Position numbers and translations under genes: made by a program
The notes under the pieces: model-generated
Database searches by the model: none
Told to the model about the DNA's origin: nothing
Seen by the model: the letters and a program-made list of their open reading frames with translations, nothing else
Assembly: GCA_005881055.1 (NCBI GenBank)
Contig: VBHW01000035.1
Span: 1-27,447 of the forward strand
From: Chloroflexota bacterium
GTDB taxonomy: Bacteria > Chloroflexota > Limnocylindria > Limnocylindrales > CSP1-4
DNA: 27,447 nucleotides
Direction of reading: 5' to 3'
Shown here: one piece after another, positions 1-8,121 of the stretch
Position numbering within the stretch: position 1 is the stretch's first letter
Layout: each line of letters begins with the position of its first letter

Positions 1-283
1 CCGCCGGTGGTGCCGGCGGGGCGTCGTCGGGAGCCGGGGCGCCACCGAATGGATCGTCGGCCGCGGCGCCGTGGGGGGAACCCAGGCTTCCCCGGGCGGC
101 GATCCCCGCCTCGAGCGTGCGATGCTGCCCCGAGCCTCCGGCGAGCGCCACGCCCGCGAGCGAGGCCTCGCCGAGCATCGTCGCGACCACGAGGGCGACG
201 AGCCAGGCGATGGGCGCCCGGCGACGGCCGAAGCTCGCGGCGAGCGTGGGGACAGGGCGTCGAAGCGGCGATCGGGTCGGCAT
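1..283 (-). CDS. N-terminus of a probable secreted or membrane-anchored protein (runs off the window edge)
   Basis: My translation from ATG at 283 is open to position 1: MPTRSPLRRPVPTLAASFGRRRAPIAWLVALVVATMLGEASLAGVALAGGSG... It has a basic n-region, a hydrophobic h-region and an ALA-type cleavage motif, then a Pro/Asp-rich linker. It is absent from the ORF track because there is no stop in the window. Confidence 0.6.
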   Translation of the reverse strand, partial: MPTRSPLRRPVPTLAASFGRRRAPIAWLVALVVATMLGEASLAGVALAGGSGQHRTLEAGIAARGSLGSPHGAAADDPFGGAPAPDDAPPAPPA

Positions 284-531
284 GTGACGGTCCTCGGCGG
301 ATGATCCGAGCGGTCGCCGTTCGCAGCGAGGCGCTCACCCTAGGCGTGGGTGGAGGCCCTGACAATCCGGACCATGGTCCCGGTCTGGCGTGGTACGCAC
401 GGGTCCGGAGCGGTCCGGGCCAGTGGTGGGAGATCCGGTGCGGTCCATTGAGGTGGCGGCCGCGGTCTCGTCGAGGGCCTCCGCCTCGATGGGAGCGTAG
501 CCCAGTCGATCCTTCACCAAGGAGACCCAGC

Positions 532-684
532 CGGGTACAGGGCATCGACGATGTCCTCGACCGCTTGCGGGCTCGCGGAGCCGAACTCGTCGGCGAGGTG
601 GAGCAGTACGAGAACAGCTACCGGCTCTGCTACGTCCGTGGCCCCGAGGGGATCATCATCGAGCTGGCGAAGCAGATCGAGTGA
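532..684 (+). pseudogene. C-terminal remnant of a VOC/glyoxalase-family gene
   Basis: RVQGIDDVLDRLRARGAELVGEVEQYENSYRLCYVRGPEGIIIELAKQIE is a typical VOC C-terminal half (D..LxxxGA...CYVRGPEGIIxEL). I found no start codon or VOC-like N-terminal half upstream. Confidence 0.7.
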
Positions 685-766
685 CCGGTAGGAGAACGGC
701 CCAGCGCCGGGATCGTGGCGGCGAACCGCACGACTCGTGGGTCTCGACCCGCGGGCTATCCGGACG

Positions 767-1618
767 TCACTGGCTGGCTGTCGCCGCGATACGCGTCCGC
801 GTGCCGGTGACCTCCTGCGTCCAGAGGCCCGCCGCACCGACGATCGACCGCCCGAACGGGGCCTTGTTGACGCCGTCCGGGTCCATCTTCGCCGTGTAGC
901 CGGACGTGCGCGCGGACGCGAACGAGAGGACGTGATTGTTGAAGTTCGGGTTCGAGCGCCACATCTGGTCGACCGTCTGGCTCGTCGTGAACAGCTGGCG
1001 GACGTACCAGGCGGCGCCGCCCCACATCCCCGAGTTGTAGACCTCGGCGACGACAGCGCGCGCTCCGGTGCGCAGCCAGCCGGCGGCCATGTTGTCGACG
1101 CGCTGCTTGGCGACTGACAACGTCGGATCGGCGTTGCCGGGCTCCGAGTTTCCTGCGGAGTAACACAGGTGATGGAGGAGCACGATCGCGTTGGGCGCCA
1201 GCCGGATGTCACGGGCGAGGTAGTACTCGCCCCAGTATTTCGTCGTCGAGTTGTCGCTGCCGGCGGACGGGTTCAGGCCCAGGCCGTCCTTGGTGTACGT
1301 CTGGAACGGCCCGTACGGGCTCGGCCAGCCGTTGCCGTGGCCCATGTAGATGACGATCGAGGCACCCTGGAGCGCGGCCTTCGCCGCGGCCCACGTGGCT
1401 GTCGGCGTGTAGACCTTCACGACGTTGCTCGTGTACTTGAGTGCCTCGGCGGCCGCCGCGTCGGCGTCGCTCTTGTAGAAGCTCGTCGAGCCGGCGACCG
1501 GACCGACGATGATGACGACCTTTGCGTTGGAAGTCGGCATCGCGCCCAGCGCGCTCGGCACGGCCAGGCCCAGCACGACGAGGCAGCTGGCGGTGGCGGC
1601 GACGATGAGCTTTCGCAC
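767..1618 (-). CDS. Secreted protein with a caspase/gingipain-like (clan CD) His-Cys motif pair; putative cysteine peptidase
   Basis: GTG start with an upstream AGGGAG. Signal peptide MRKLIVAATASCLVVLGLAVPSALG-A. Motifs IVIYMGHG (H94) and IVLLHHLCYSAG (C152). Composition is protein-like (rich in T, S, N, Y, K), unlike the shadow ORFs. Confidence 0.8.
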   Translation of the reverse strand: MRKLIVAATASCLVVLGLAVPSALGAMPTSNAKVVIIVGPVAGSTSFYKSDADAAAAEALKYTSNVVKVYTPTATWAAAKAALQGASIVIYMGHGNGWPSPYGPFQTYTKDGLGLNPSAGSDNSTTKYWGEYYLARDIRLAPNAIVLLHHLCYSAGNSEPGNADPTLSVAKQRVDNMAAGWLRTGARAVVAEVYNSGMWGGAAWYVRQLFTTSQTVDQMWRSNPNFNNHVLSFASARTSGYTAKMDPDGVNKAPFGRSIVGAAGLWTQEVTGTRTRIAATASQ

Positions 1619-1863
1619 GATGGCGATCTCCCTGGGTGGCGGTGGGCACGCCTCGGGGACGTGTCTCGCCAGCCTCGCGGGAGGCGGGTCGCCGACTCAA
1701 TCGCGGGATGGTCCCCGACGGGCATGGCCCCATCGGCGGCGGGCTGATGCGGAGCTTTGGGGAGATGTGCGGTGGGCAAGGGTCCGGGTGGGGTGGACAG
1801 GCATGGGACGGCGTGCGAGCACGCAACGGAATTCGCGTCGAACGACCTCGCCGGCGGCCTCCG

Positions 1864-2475
1864 TCAGCCGCGCAGGCGCGCGACGAGGTCCGCGAGCGTC
1901 GGGTTCGTCCGATCCCTGTCGGAGAGGATCGGGCGGCCGTCGGCCGTCATCGCGAGCCGCGGCCACGGCACGCCGACGGCCGGGTCGTCCCACGCGAAGC
2001 CGAGCTCGTCTCCCCCGTCGTACTCGTTCGTCACGAGATACAGGAGCTCGAGCTCCTCGAGCGCGAGGAATCCGTGCGCCACCCCGACCGGGATGACCAC
2101 CCAGTCGTCGGCGCGGAGATCGTGCGTCTCGACGAGCGCCTGAGGCCCGGATCCGTCGAGGAGGGGCCGCACGTCGACGAGCGCAACCAACGCTCGCCCG
2201 CTCGCGACGACCCAATAGTCGAGCTGCCTGCGATGGTAATGGAGGCCGCGCAGCACACCCGGCCGGGACGTCGAGAGGTTGGCCTGGACGAACCGCTGTC
2301 CGCCCGCCGGCTCCGCCATCAGGTCAGCGGTCGCGCCCGTGTCGCCCGGCGAAAGCTCACCGAACGTGCTCGCGCGCCAGAGCTCCCGGAACGCGCCGCG
2401 CTCGTCGGCATGGCGCTGCAGGCGTCCGAGGCGGACGCCGTCGAGTCGGCTCGGACCGGGCGGCCCGTCGCTCAT
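1864..2475 (-). CDS. rfbC: dTDP-4-dehydrorhamnose 3,5-epimerase
   Basis: Motifs DERGAFRE, FVQANLSTSRPGVLRGLHYH, GVAHGFLAL and WDDPAVGVPWP...LSDRD. The start is set at the internal ATG 2475 (MSDGPP), downstream of the 23-bp duplication. Confidence 0.95.
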   Translation of the reverse strand: MSDGPPGPSRLDGVRLGRLQRHADERGAFRELWRASTFGELSPGDTGATADLMAEPAGGQRFVQANLSTSRPGVLRGLHYHRRQLDYWVVASGRALVALVDVRPLLDGSGPQALVETHDLRADDWVVIPVGVAHGFLALEELELLYLVTNEYDGGDELGFAWDDPAVGVPWPRLAMTADGRPILSDRDRTNPTLADLVARLRG

Positions 2476-2520
2476 TGGGCCGCAATCCCGCCGCTCAATG
2501 GGCCGCAATCCCGCCGCTCA
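2476..2520. repeat. Tandem duplication: two identical 22-mers with a 23-bp period between rfbD and rfbC
   Basis: TGGGCCGCAATCCCGCCGCTCA occurs at 2476-2497 and 2499-2520. Confidence 0.95.
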
Positions 2521-3423
2521 TCGGGCCGCAGCCGCCCGCTGGCGGAGAAGGATCGGCACGTAGTCGGCCAGCGCGGCCTGCCACGACCTGAGCGGTCGCG
2601 TGGGAGCCAGCACGCCCCAGAGGGGCGGGGTGGATGCGCGCGGCCATGTCGCCACCGGGACCTCCTCGATCGGGATGGCGATCCCGGACTGCCGCAGGAG
2701 CTCCCTCGCCCAGTCGGCCCGCGACGCCACGCCGCCGTTCACGATGTGCTCGATCCGGCCCAGCGAGAACGGGCCATCCTCCCCGGCGGCCGCGACGATC
2801 GCCTCCGCGACGTCGGGCGCGTACGACGGCGAGCCGATCTCGTCGTTCACCGCCCGGAGGGGCTCGTTCGCCTGGGCGGACCGCTCTGCGGCCGCGAGCA
2901 GCTTCGACGGGAAGTCGTTGCCCGGCGGCCCGTACAGCCAAGTCGTCCGCACGATCGCGAGCGAGCTCCCCCTGCGGGCCGCTCGCCATGCCTCGGCCGC
3001 AGCGCGTTCCCCGGCGAGCTTGCTCGCTCCGTATGGGTTTAGCGGCGCTGGCTCGTCGTCAGTCGCGTAGGCGCGACCGTCGGACCGGCGACCGTCGAAC
3101 ACCTCGTTCGTCGAGAGGACGACCAGATCGGCTCCGGCTGAGGCGCACGCCCTCGCCAGCTCACCGACCGCGTGTCCGTTGCGCCGCATCGCGAGCGCGG
3201 GATCGCGGGCGCAGCCCTCGGTGTCCGTCCAGGCGGCGGCGTGGATCACCAGCTCGGGTCGGTCGCGCTCGACCAGTCGCGCCGCTGCAGCCGGATCGTC
3301 GAGGTCATAGTCGGGCCGGCCCCAGCCGATCGGCCCACCGGGACCGGTGAACGGGGCATCTGCGAGCGAGGCCATCAGCGCCCGGCCGAGTCGGCCTCCC
3401 GGTCCGGTGACGGCGACGCGCAC
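2518..3423 (-). CDS. rfbD: dTDP-4-dehydrorhamnose reductase
   Basis: Motifs VAVTGPGGRLG, PELVIHAAAWTD, LSTNEVFDG, PLNPYGASKLAGE (YxxxK) and VRTTWLYG. GTG start at 3423, just after the rfbB stop. Confidence 0.93.
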   Translation of the reverse strand: MRVAVTGPGGRLGRALMASLADAPFTGPGGPIGWGRPDYDLDDPAAAARLVERDRPELVIHAAAWTDTEGCARDPALAMRRNGHAVGELARACASAGADLVVLSTNEVFDGRRSDGRAYATDDEPAPLNPYGASKLAGERAAAEAWRAARRGSSLAIVRTTWLYGPPGNDFPSKLLAAAERSAQANEPLRAVNDEIGSPSYAPDVAEAIVAAAGEDGPFSLGRIEHIVNGGVASRADWARELLRQSGIAIPIEEVPVATWPRASTPPLWGVLAPTRPLRSWQAALADYVPILLRQRAAAAR

Positions 3424-3425
3424 GA

Positions 3426-4547
3426 TCAGTCCGCCTGGGTCGAGGCCGCCAGGCGAGCGCCGTACTGCCGAGCGTAGTAGTCGTCCCAGTCGCCGGAACG
3501 GATCGCCCGCCACCAGCCCTCGTTCGCGCGGAACCAGTCGACGGTCTCGGCGATGCCGGCCTCGAACGGCATCCGGTTCTGCCAGCCGAGGGCGGCGAGC
3601 TTGCCGCCGTCCATCGCATAGCGACGGTCGTGGCCCGGCCGGTCGGCGACGGTCCGCACGAGGGACCAGGGCTTTCCGAGCCGCTCGAGGAGCACGGTGA
3701 CGACGTCCCGGTTCGTCATCTCGGCCGAGCCGGGGATGTTGTAGATCTCGCCGCTCGCGCCGTGGCGCAGGACGAACTCGATGGCCCCCGCGTGGTCGGC
3801 GACGTGGAGCCAGTCGCGGCGCTGCAGCCCGTCGCCGTAGAGCGGCAATGGTTGGTCGTCGATGGCGTTCGTCACGAACAGCGGGATGAGCTTCTCGGGA
3901 TGCTGGTGTGGCCCGTACGTGTTGGCGCCACGGGTGACCAGCGCGTCGAGCCCGTACGTCGCGACGTAGCTCCGGACGAGCATGTCGCCGGCGGCCTTGG
4001 CCGCGCTGTACGGCGAACGTGGGGCGAGCGGGTCACCTTCCCACGACCGCCCCTGCTCGACCGAGCCGTAGACCTCGTCGGTCGACACCTGGAGGTAGCG
4101 CGGCGCCGAGCGGGCTCCCTCGCGGGCGCGCTCCGTCGCACGACGGCACGCCTCGAGGAGGACGTGCACGCCGATGACGCCGGTCGTGAGGAACGCCTCG
4201 GGATCGAGGATCGAGCGGTCGACGTGCGACTCCGCCGCGAAGTTGACGACCGCGTCGGTTGTCTCGACGAGCGGATCGACGTCTGCCGGGTTCGCGATGT
4301 CGCCGCGCACGAACCGAAAGCGCCCGGCCTGCTCGGGATCGGCCCGGATCGCCGCGAGGTTCGCCTCGCTGCCGGCGTACGTCAGCTTGTCGAGGACCGT
4401 GATGCGCGTGCCGTCGCGTCGCCCGAGCACCTCGCGGACGAAGCAACTCCCGATGAATCCGGCGCCACCGCTGACGAGGAGGTGCGCGCCGGGCCCCGCC
4501 AACGGGTGGACCGAGCGCCGGCCGGCCGGTTCGGCGCCATCCCTCAT
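3426..4547 (-). CDS. rfbB: dTDP-glucose 4,6-dehydratase
   Basis: Motifs LLVSGGAGFIG, LDKLTYAG, NFAAESHVDRSI, QVSTDEVYG, SPYSAAKA, YGPHQHPEKLIP and DRPGHDRRY. The start is uncertain (ATG 4547 or 4565). Confidence 0.95.
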   Translation of the reverse strand: MRDGAEPAGRRSVHPLAGPGAHLLVSGGAGFIGSCFVREVLGRRDGTRITVLDKLTYAGSEANLAAIRADPEQAGRFRFVRGDIANPADVDPLVETTDAVVNFAAESHVDRSILDPEAFLTTGVIGVHVLLEACRRATERAREGARSAPRYLQVSTDEVYGSVEQGRSWEGDPLAPRSPYSAAKAAGDMLVRSYVATYGLDALVTRGANTYGPHQHPEKLIPLFVTNAIDDQPLPLYGDGLQRRDWLHVADHAGAIEFVLRHGASGEIYNIPGSAEMTNRDVVTVLLERLGKPWSLVRTVADRPGHDRRYAMDGGKLAALGWQNRMPFEAGIAETVDWFRANEGWWRAIRSGDWDDYYARQYGARLAASTQAD

Positions 4548-4557
4548 GCGGCGATCG

Positions 4558-5361
4558 TCAGGCATCGACTCGCGGCGGCAGCTCCACCTCGTCCGTTCGC
4601 CGCTGGAGCGGGCGCTGGGTCGGAGGGGCAAGACGACCCGCAGCGTCGTCCTCGGCCGCCAGCTCGGCGGCTCGCAGGAGGGACGGCACCGTCCCGGCGT
4701 CTGTCCAGTGCCCGTCGTAGACGCGGGTGAAGAGGCGCCGGCCGGGGATGTAGTGGTTGAGCACGTCGGTGATCTCGAGCTCCCCGCGGCCCGAGGGCGC
4801 GAGGTGCTCGATGACGTCGAAGGCGTCCGGGCGGAGGAAGTACACGCCGATCGGGATGAGGTCGCTCTTCGGCTTCGCCGGCTTCTCCTCGAAGCCGACG
4901 ACCGCGCCGTCCGAATCGAGCTCGGCCACGCCGAACCGCTCGGGGTCGGGGACGCGGTAGAGCAGCGTGCCCGCACCCCACGGGCCCGAATCGAACTCCT
5001 GGCCCGTGTCCGCCAGCGGCTCACCCCGCAGGATGTTGTCGCCGAGCACGCAGCAGAACGCTTCGGCACCGACGAAGTCGCGGGCGAGCCCGATCGCGTG
5101 CGCGATGCCCAGCGCTCCGCGCTGGTAGCGGTACGTGAGGTCGAGCCCGAAATGGTTGCCGTCCCCGAGGAGCTCGACGACGTCGCCGACGCTCTTGCCG
5201 CCGACGATGACCATGACCTCGCGGATGCCCATGCCGGCGAGCGTCTCGATCGGGTAGTAGATCATCGGCCGGTCGTAGATGGGCAGGAGGTGCTTGTTCG
5301 TGACGATCGTGAGGGGGAACAAGCGCGTCGCGGTGCCCCCGGCGAGAACGATGCCCTTCAT
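4558..5361 (-). CDS. rfbA: Glucose-1-phosphate thymidylyltransferase (short form)
   Basis: Motifs MKGIVLAGGTATRLFPLT, NKHLLPIYDRPMIYYP, FGVAE, EEKP, RGELEITD and WTDAGT. Confidence 0.95.
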   Translation of the reverse strand: MKGIVLAGGTATRLFPLTIVTNKHLLPIYDRPMIYYPIETLAGMGIREVMVIVGGKSVGDVVELLGDGNHFGLDLTYRYQRGALGIAHAIGLARDFVGAEAFCCVLGDNILRGEPLADTGQEFDSGPWGAGTLLYRVPDPERFGVAELDSDGAVVGFEEKPAKPKSDLIPIGVYFLRPDAFDVIEHLAPSGRGELEITDVLNHYIPGRRLFTRVYDGHWTDAGTVPSLLRAAELAAEDDAAGRLAPPTQRPLQRRTDEVELPPRVDA

Positions 5362-5389
5362 CGAGGCGACAGCGTAGCAGGCGGTCGCG

Positions 5390-6289
5390 TCAGGGCTGGG
5401 CCGATGGCGAGGCGCCCGGGCCGGAGATCGGCAGCCCGCCCTCGTAGTCGGTGATGACGAGGACGTACTCGAGCTTCGAGAGGTCGATCGCCGGGGCCAG
5501 GTACGCGGTCTGCACGACCGCGTTCGCGTCGCGCTGGACGTCGATGACCTGCCCGATGACCAGGCCCTTCGGGTATGGCGAGCGGATCCCACCGCCGAGG
5601 ACGATCCCGGCGGTCACGACCTCGTCGTTGATGTTCACCCGTTCCGTCGAGTCGATGTTCTGCATGACGAGCACGCCGCCGAGCTGGCCGGCCACGTCGC
5701 CGGTCGCCCCGTTGCTCTCGATCATCCCGGTCACCGTCGCCGACGGGTCGTTGATGAGCGTGACGTGGGCAGCGGTCCCGGACAGGTCCGTGATCCGGCC
5801 GGCGAGCGCGCCGCCCGCACCGACCACGACGTCGCCGACGACGAGCCCGTCGTTCGAGCCGCGGTCGATCGTGATGGTGCGGCCCACCTCGGGACGTTCG
5901 CGGGCGATGACCGACGCCGCGATCGTGTGGTAGGCGAATCCGGTCTTGACCTGGAGCAGCGCGGTCAGCTGCTGGTTCTCGCGCTCGAGCGCCTGCAGCC
6001 TCGCGTTCTCGTTCTGGAGCTGCGTATTGCGGGCTCGCAGGTCCTCGTTGTCGACCCGCAGCCGGTCGATCTCGCGGAGCGACTCGACGACCGAGCCGAT
6101 ACCCGACGCGACCCCCGCGGCGCTCGCCTGGAGCGGCCGGAACGCGAAGGCCGCCGCCTTCTGGAGCTCGGTGACGACGGGCGACGACGAGAACGCCATG
6201 CACACGATGCTCAGGCCGAGGAGCGTCGCGAAGCTGATCGCCCGGCGCCGGGCGATGCGCGTCGTGCGGGTGGTGATGAGGCCGGACAT
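5390..6289 (-). CDS. mreC: Rod shape-determining protein MreC
   Basis: N-terminal TM segment, coiled coil (LRVDNEDLRARNTQLQNENARL), TITIDRGSNDG, VVTAG...YPKGLVIG and PAIDLSKLEYVLV. It follows mreB. Confidence 0.93.
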   Translation of the reverse strand: MSGLITTRTTRIARRRAISFATLLGLSIVCMAFSSSPVVTELQKAAAFAFRPLQASAAGVASGIGSVVESLREIDRLRVDNEDLRARNTQLQNENARLQALERENQQLTALLQVKTGFAYHTIAASVIARERPEVGRTITIDRGSNDGLVVGDVVVGAGGALAGRITDLSGTAAHVTLINDPSATVTGMIESNGATGDVAGQLGGVLVMQNIDSTERVNINDEVVTAGIVLGGGIRSPYPKGLVIGQVIDVQRDANAVVQTAYLAPAIDLSKLEYVLVITDYEGGLPISGPGASPSAQP

Positions 6290-6317
6290 CGCGACGGTCC
6301 TCCCGCGCTCGAGGGGG

Positions 6318-7370
6318 TCAGCGCGGCGCGCGAGCGTACGTGTCTGCGACGAGCACGCGCTGCATGCGGTCGAGCTCCTCGAGCACGACCCCCGTGCCGC
6401 GCGCGACGCATGTCAGGGGATCGTCGGCGACGTGCACCGGCATCTGGGTTGCCTCGGCGACCCTCCGGTCGAGGCCGGCGAGGAGCGCGCCCCCGCCGGC
6501 GAGGACGATGCCCTGATCCATGATGTCCGCGACCAGCTCGGGTGGCGTCTCCTCGATCGTGTCCTTGATCGTGTCGACGATCTGCTGGACGGACGGCTCG
6601 ATGGCCTCGCGGATCTGGTCGGCGCCGACCTCGACGCTGCGCGGCAGGCCCGTGAGGAGATCCCGGCCGCGGAGGGTGACGCGCTGGACGTCCCACTCCC
6701 CGGGGTACGCCGACGCGATTGCGATCTTGATGTCCTCCGCGGTCCGCTCGCCGAGGAACAGGTTGTACTCGCGCCGCGCGAAGGTGACGATGTCCTGGTC
6801 CATCTCGTCGCCGCCGATGCGGATGCTCCGGCTCACGACGATCCCACCGAGGCTGATGACCGCGACCTCGGTCGTGCCGCCACCGATGTCGACGATGAGG
6901 CTGCCCGATGGCTCGCTCACGGGCAGCCCGGCACCGATCGCGGCGGCCATCGGCTCCTCGATGAGGCGCACCCAGCGCGCTCCGGCGTTGAGGCCGGCGT
7001 CGCGCACCGCCCGTTTTTCGACCTCGGTCACGCCGGACGGGATGCCGAGGATCATCCGCGGACGCGGGATGAGGCCGAGGCTCTTGTGCACCTCGTGCAC
7101 GAAGTACCGGATCATCTGCTCCGTCACATCGAAGTCGCTGATGACGCCGTCCCGGAGCGGCCGCACCGCGATGATGCTCGCCGGGGTCCGGCCGACCATC
7201 CGCTTGGCCTCGGCGCCGATCGCGAGGACGCGCTTCGTCTTCGCCTCGATCGCCACGACGCTCGGCTCGCTCATGACGATGCCCCGGTCGCGGACGTGGA
7301 CGAGCGTGTTGGCGGTGCCGAGGTCGATGCCGATGTCGCGCGAGAACAGGCCGAGAAGGGCGTCGAACAT
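6318..7370 (-). CDS. mreB: Rod shape-determining protein MreB
   Basis: Motifs DIGIDLGTANTLV, EPSVVA, RPLRDGVISDF, IEEPMAAAIGAG, VDIGGGTTEVAVISLGG and GIVLAGGGALL. ATG at 7370. Confidence 0.97.
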   Translation of the reverse strand: MFDALLGLFSRDIGIDLGTANTLVHVRDRGIVMSEPSVVAIEAKTKRVLAIGAEAKRMVGRTPASIIAVRPLRDGVISDFDVTEQMIRYFVHEVHKSLGLIPRPRMILGIPSGVTEVEKRAVRDAGLNAGARWVRLIEEPMAAAIGAGLPVSEPSGSLIVDIGGGTTEVAVISLGGIVVSRSIRIGGDEMDQDIVTFARREYNLFLGERTAEDIKIAIASAYPGEWDVQRVTLRGRDLLTGLPRSVEVGADQIREAIEPSVQQIVDTIKDTIEETPPELVADIMDQGIVLAGGGALLAGLDRRVAEATQMPVHVADDPLTCVARGTGVVLEELDRMQRVLVADTYARAPR

Positions 7371-7456
7371 GAACGGGCTGGTCCTTCGGTGGCTGGGCGA
7401 CGACGGCGCCGGATGCGTGGCGGGCCGCACGGTCGTCCCTGGGGAAAGGCCCGTGC

Positions 7457-7462
7457 AGTATA
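7457..7462 (-). promoter_or_regulatory. Candidate sigma70-type -10 box (TATACT) for mreB
   Basis: TATACT on the minus strand about 90 nt upstream of the mreB ATG. No clear -35 box. Confidence 0.5.
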
Positions 7463-7568
7463 CCCGCCGAGCCCGTGCGCGCCCGCTCGGGCCGATCCTC
7501 GGCTGGCCGACCGCTGCATGTCCGCGGCAGTTGGGCTGACCGTCGTCCTGGGCCGTAAGCCCCGGCGC

Positions 7569-7729
7569 ATTACGAGCATGATTACGCGCGGGGTTTCGGC
7601 AGGCATCCGGCCGACTCCGAGTCGTCGATCCGTCCAAGCTCCGCACGAAACCTGAGCGCGCCCATCGCTCCGGACCGCCCGAACGCGTTCGATCGCCAGG
7701 AAGCGCGTATCGGTAATCATGCTCGGAAT
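7569..7729. repeat. 17-bp inverted repeat (one mismatch) enclosing a structured ~125-nt segment
   Basis: ATTACGAGCATGATTAC at 7569-7585 and GTAATCATGCTCGGAAT at 7713-7729; the 13-bp core is perfect. Confidence 0.85.
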
Positions 7730-7776
7730 ATCCGAGCTGGTAGCGGCTGGATTCGCCTGATCGGCGCGGCCCGGTC

Positions 7777-8061
7777 CTAGGGCACGAGGATGAGCGGCGA
7801 GGGGCTCAGGGTCGGCGTCGGTGCAGGTGAAGGCGTCGGGGCCGCGGTCGGGGTCGCGACGACAACCGGGGCGGGAACCGGGGTCGGCGGGACCTGCGCG
7901 ACGACCTGCTGCATCCCGCGCAACGCCAGGAACAGCCCCGCGCCGACGAGGATGGCGGCACCGAGGAGCGCGGCTGCCGGCCGCGGACGGCGGCTCGCAG
8001 GCAAGCTTGGCGGAGTGGTCGCGGGCGCTGGGCTCGGATCCGGCTCGGCGGTTTCAGTCAC
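7777..8061 (-). CDS. Small single-pass membrane protein with a Pro/Thr-rich tail
   Basis: One hydrophobic segment (AAALLGAAILVGAGLFLAL) preceded by RRPR and followed by PTPVPAP...TPTAAPTPSPAPTPT. It fills the radC-mreB gap in the same orientation. The start is uncertain. Confidence 0.6.
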   Translation of the reverse strand: MTETAEPDPSPAPATTPPSLPASRRPRPAAALLGAAILVGAGLFLALRGMQQVVAQVPPTPVPAPVVVATPTAAPTPSPAPTPTLSPSPLILVP

Positions 8062-8121
8062 CGGGGCAGTGTCGCCGATCAGGACGGCGATGTCGCATCG
8101 TCGGCCGGGGTGAGGTGCGTC

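Noticed and set aside
335-520. Short minus-strand ORF whose start (VKDRLGYAPI...DETA) loosely resembles a tyrosine-recombinase C-terminal motif (xxxLGHxxxxTT..Y)
   Set aside because: The catalytic His and Tyr pattern is absent and the match is about 10 aa. It is too weak to call an integrase remnant without a search.
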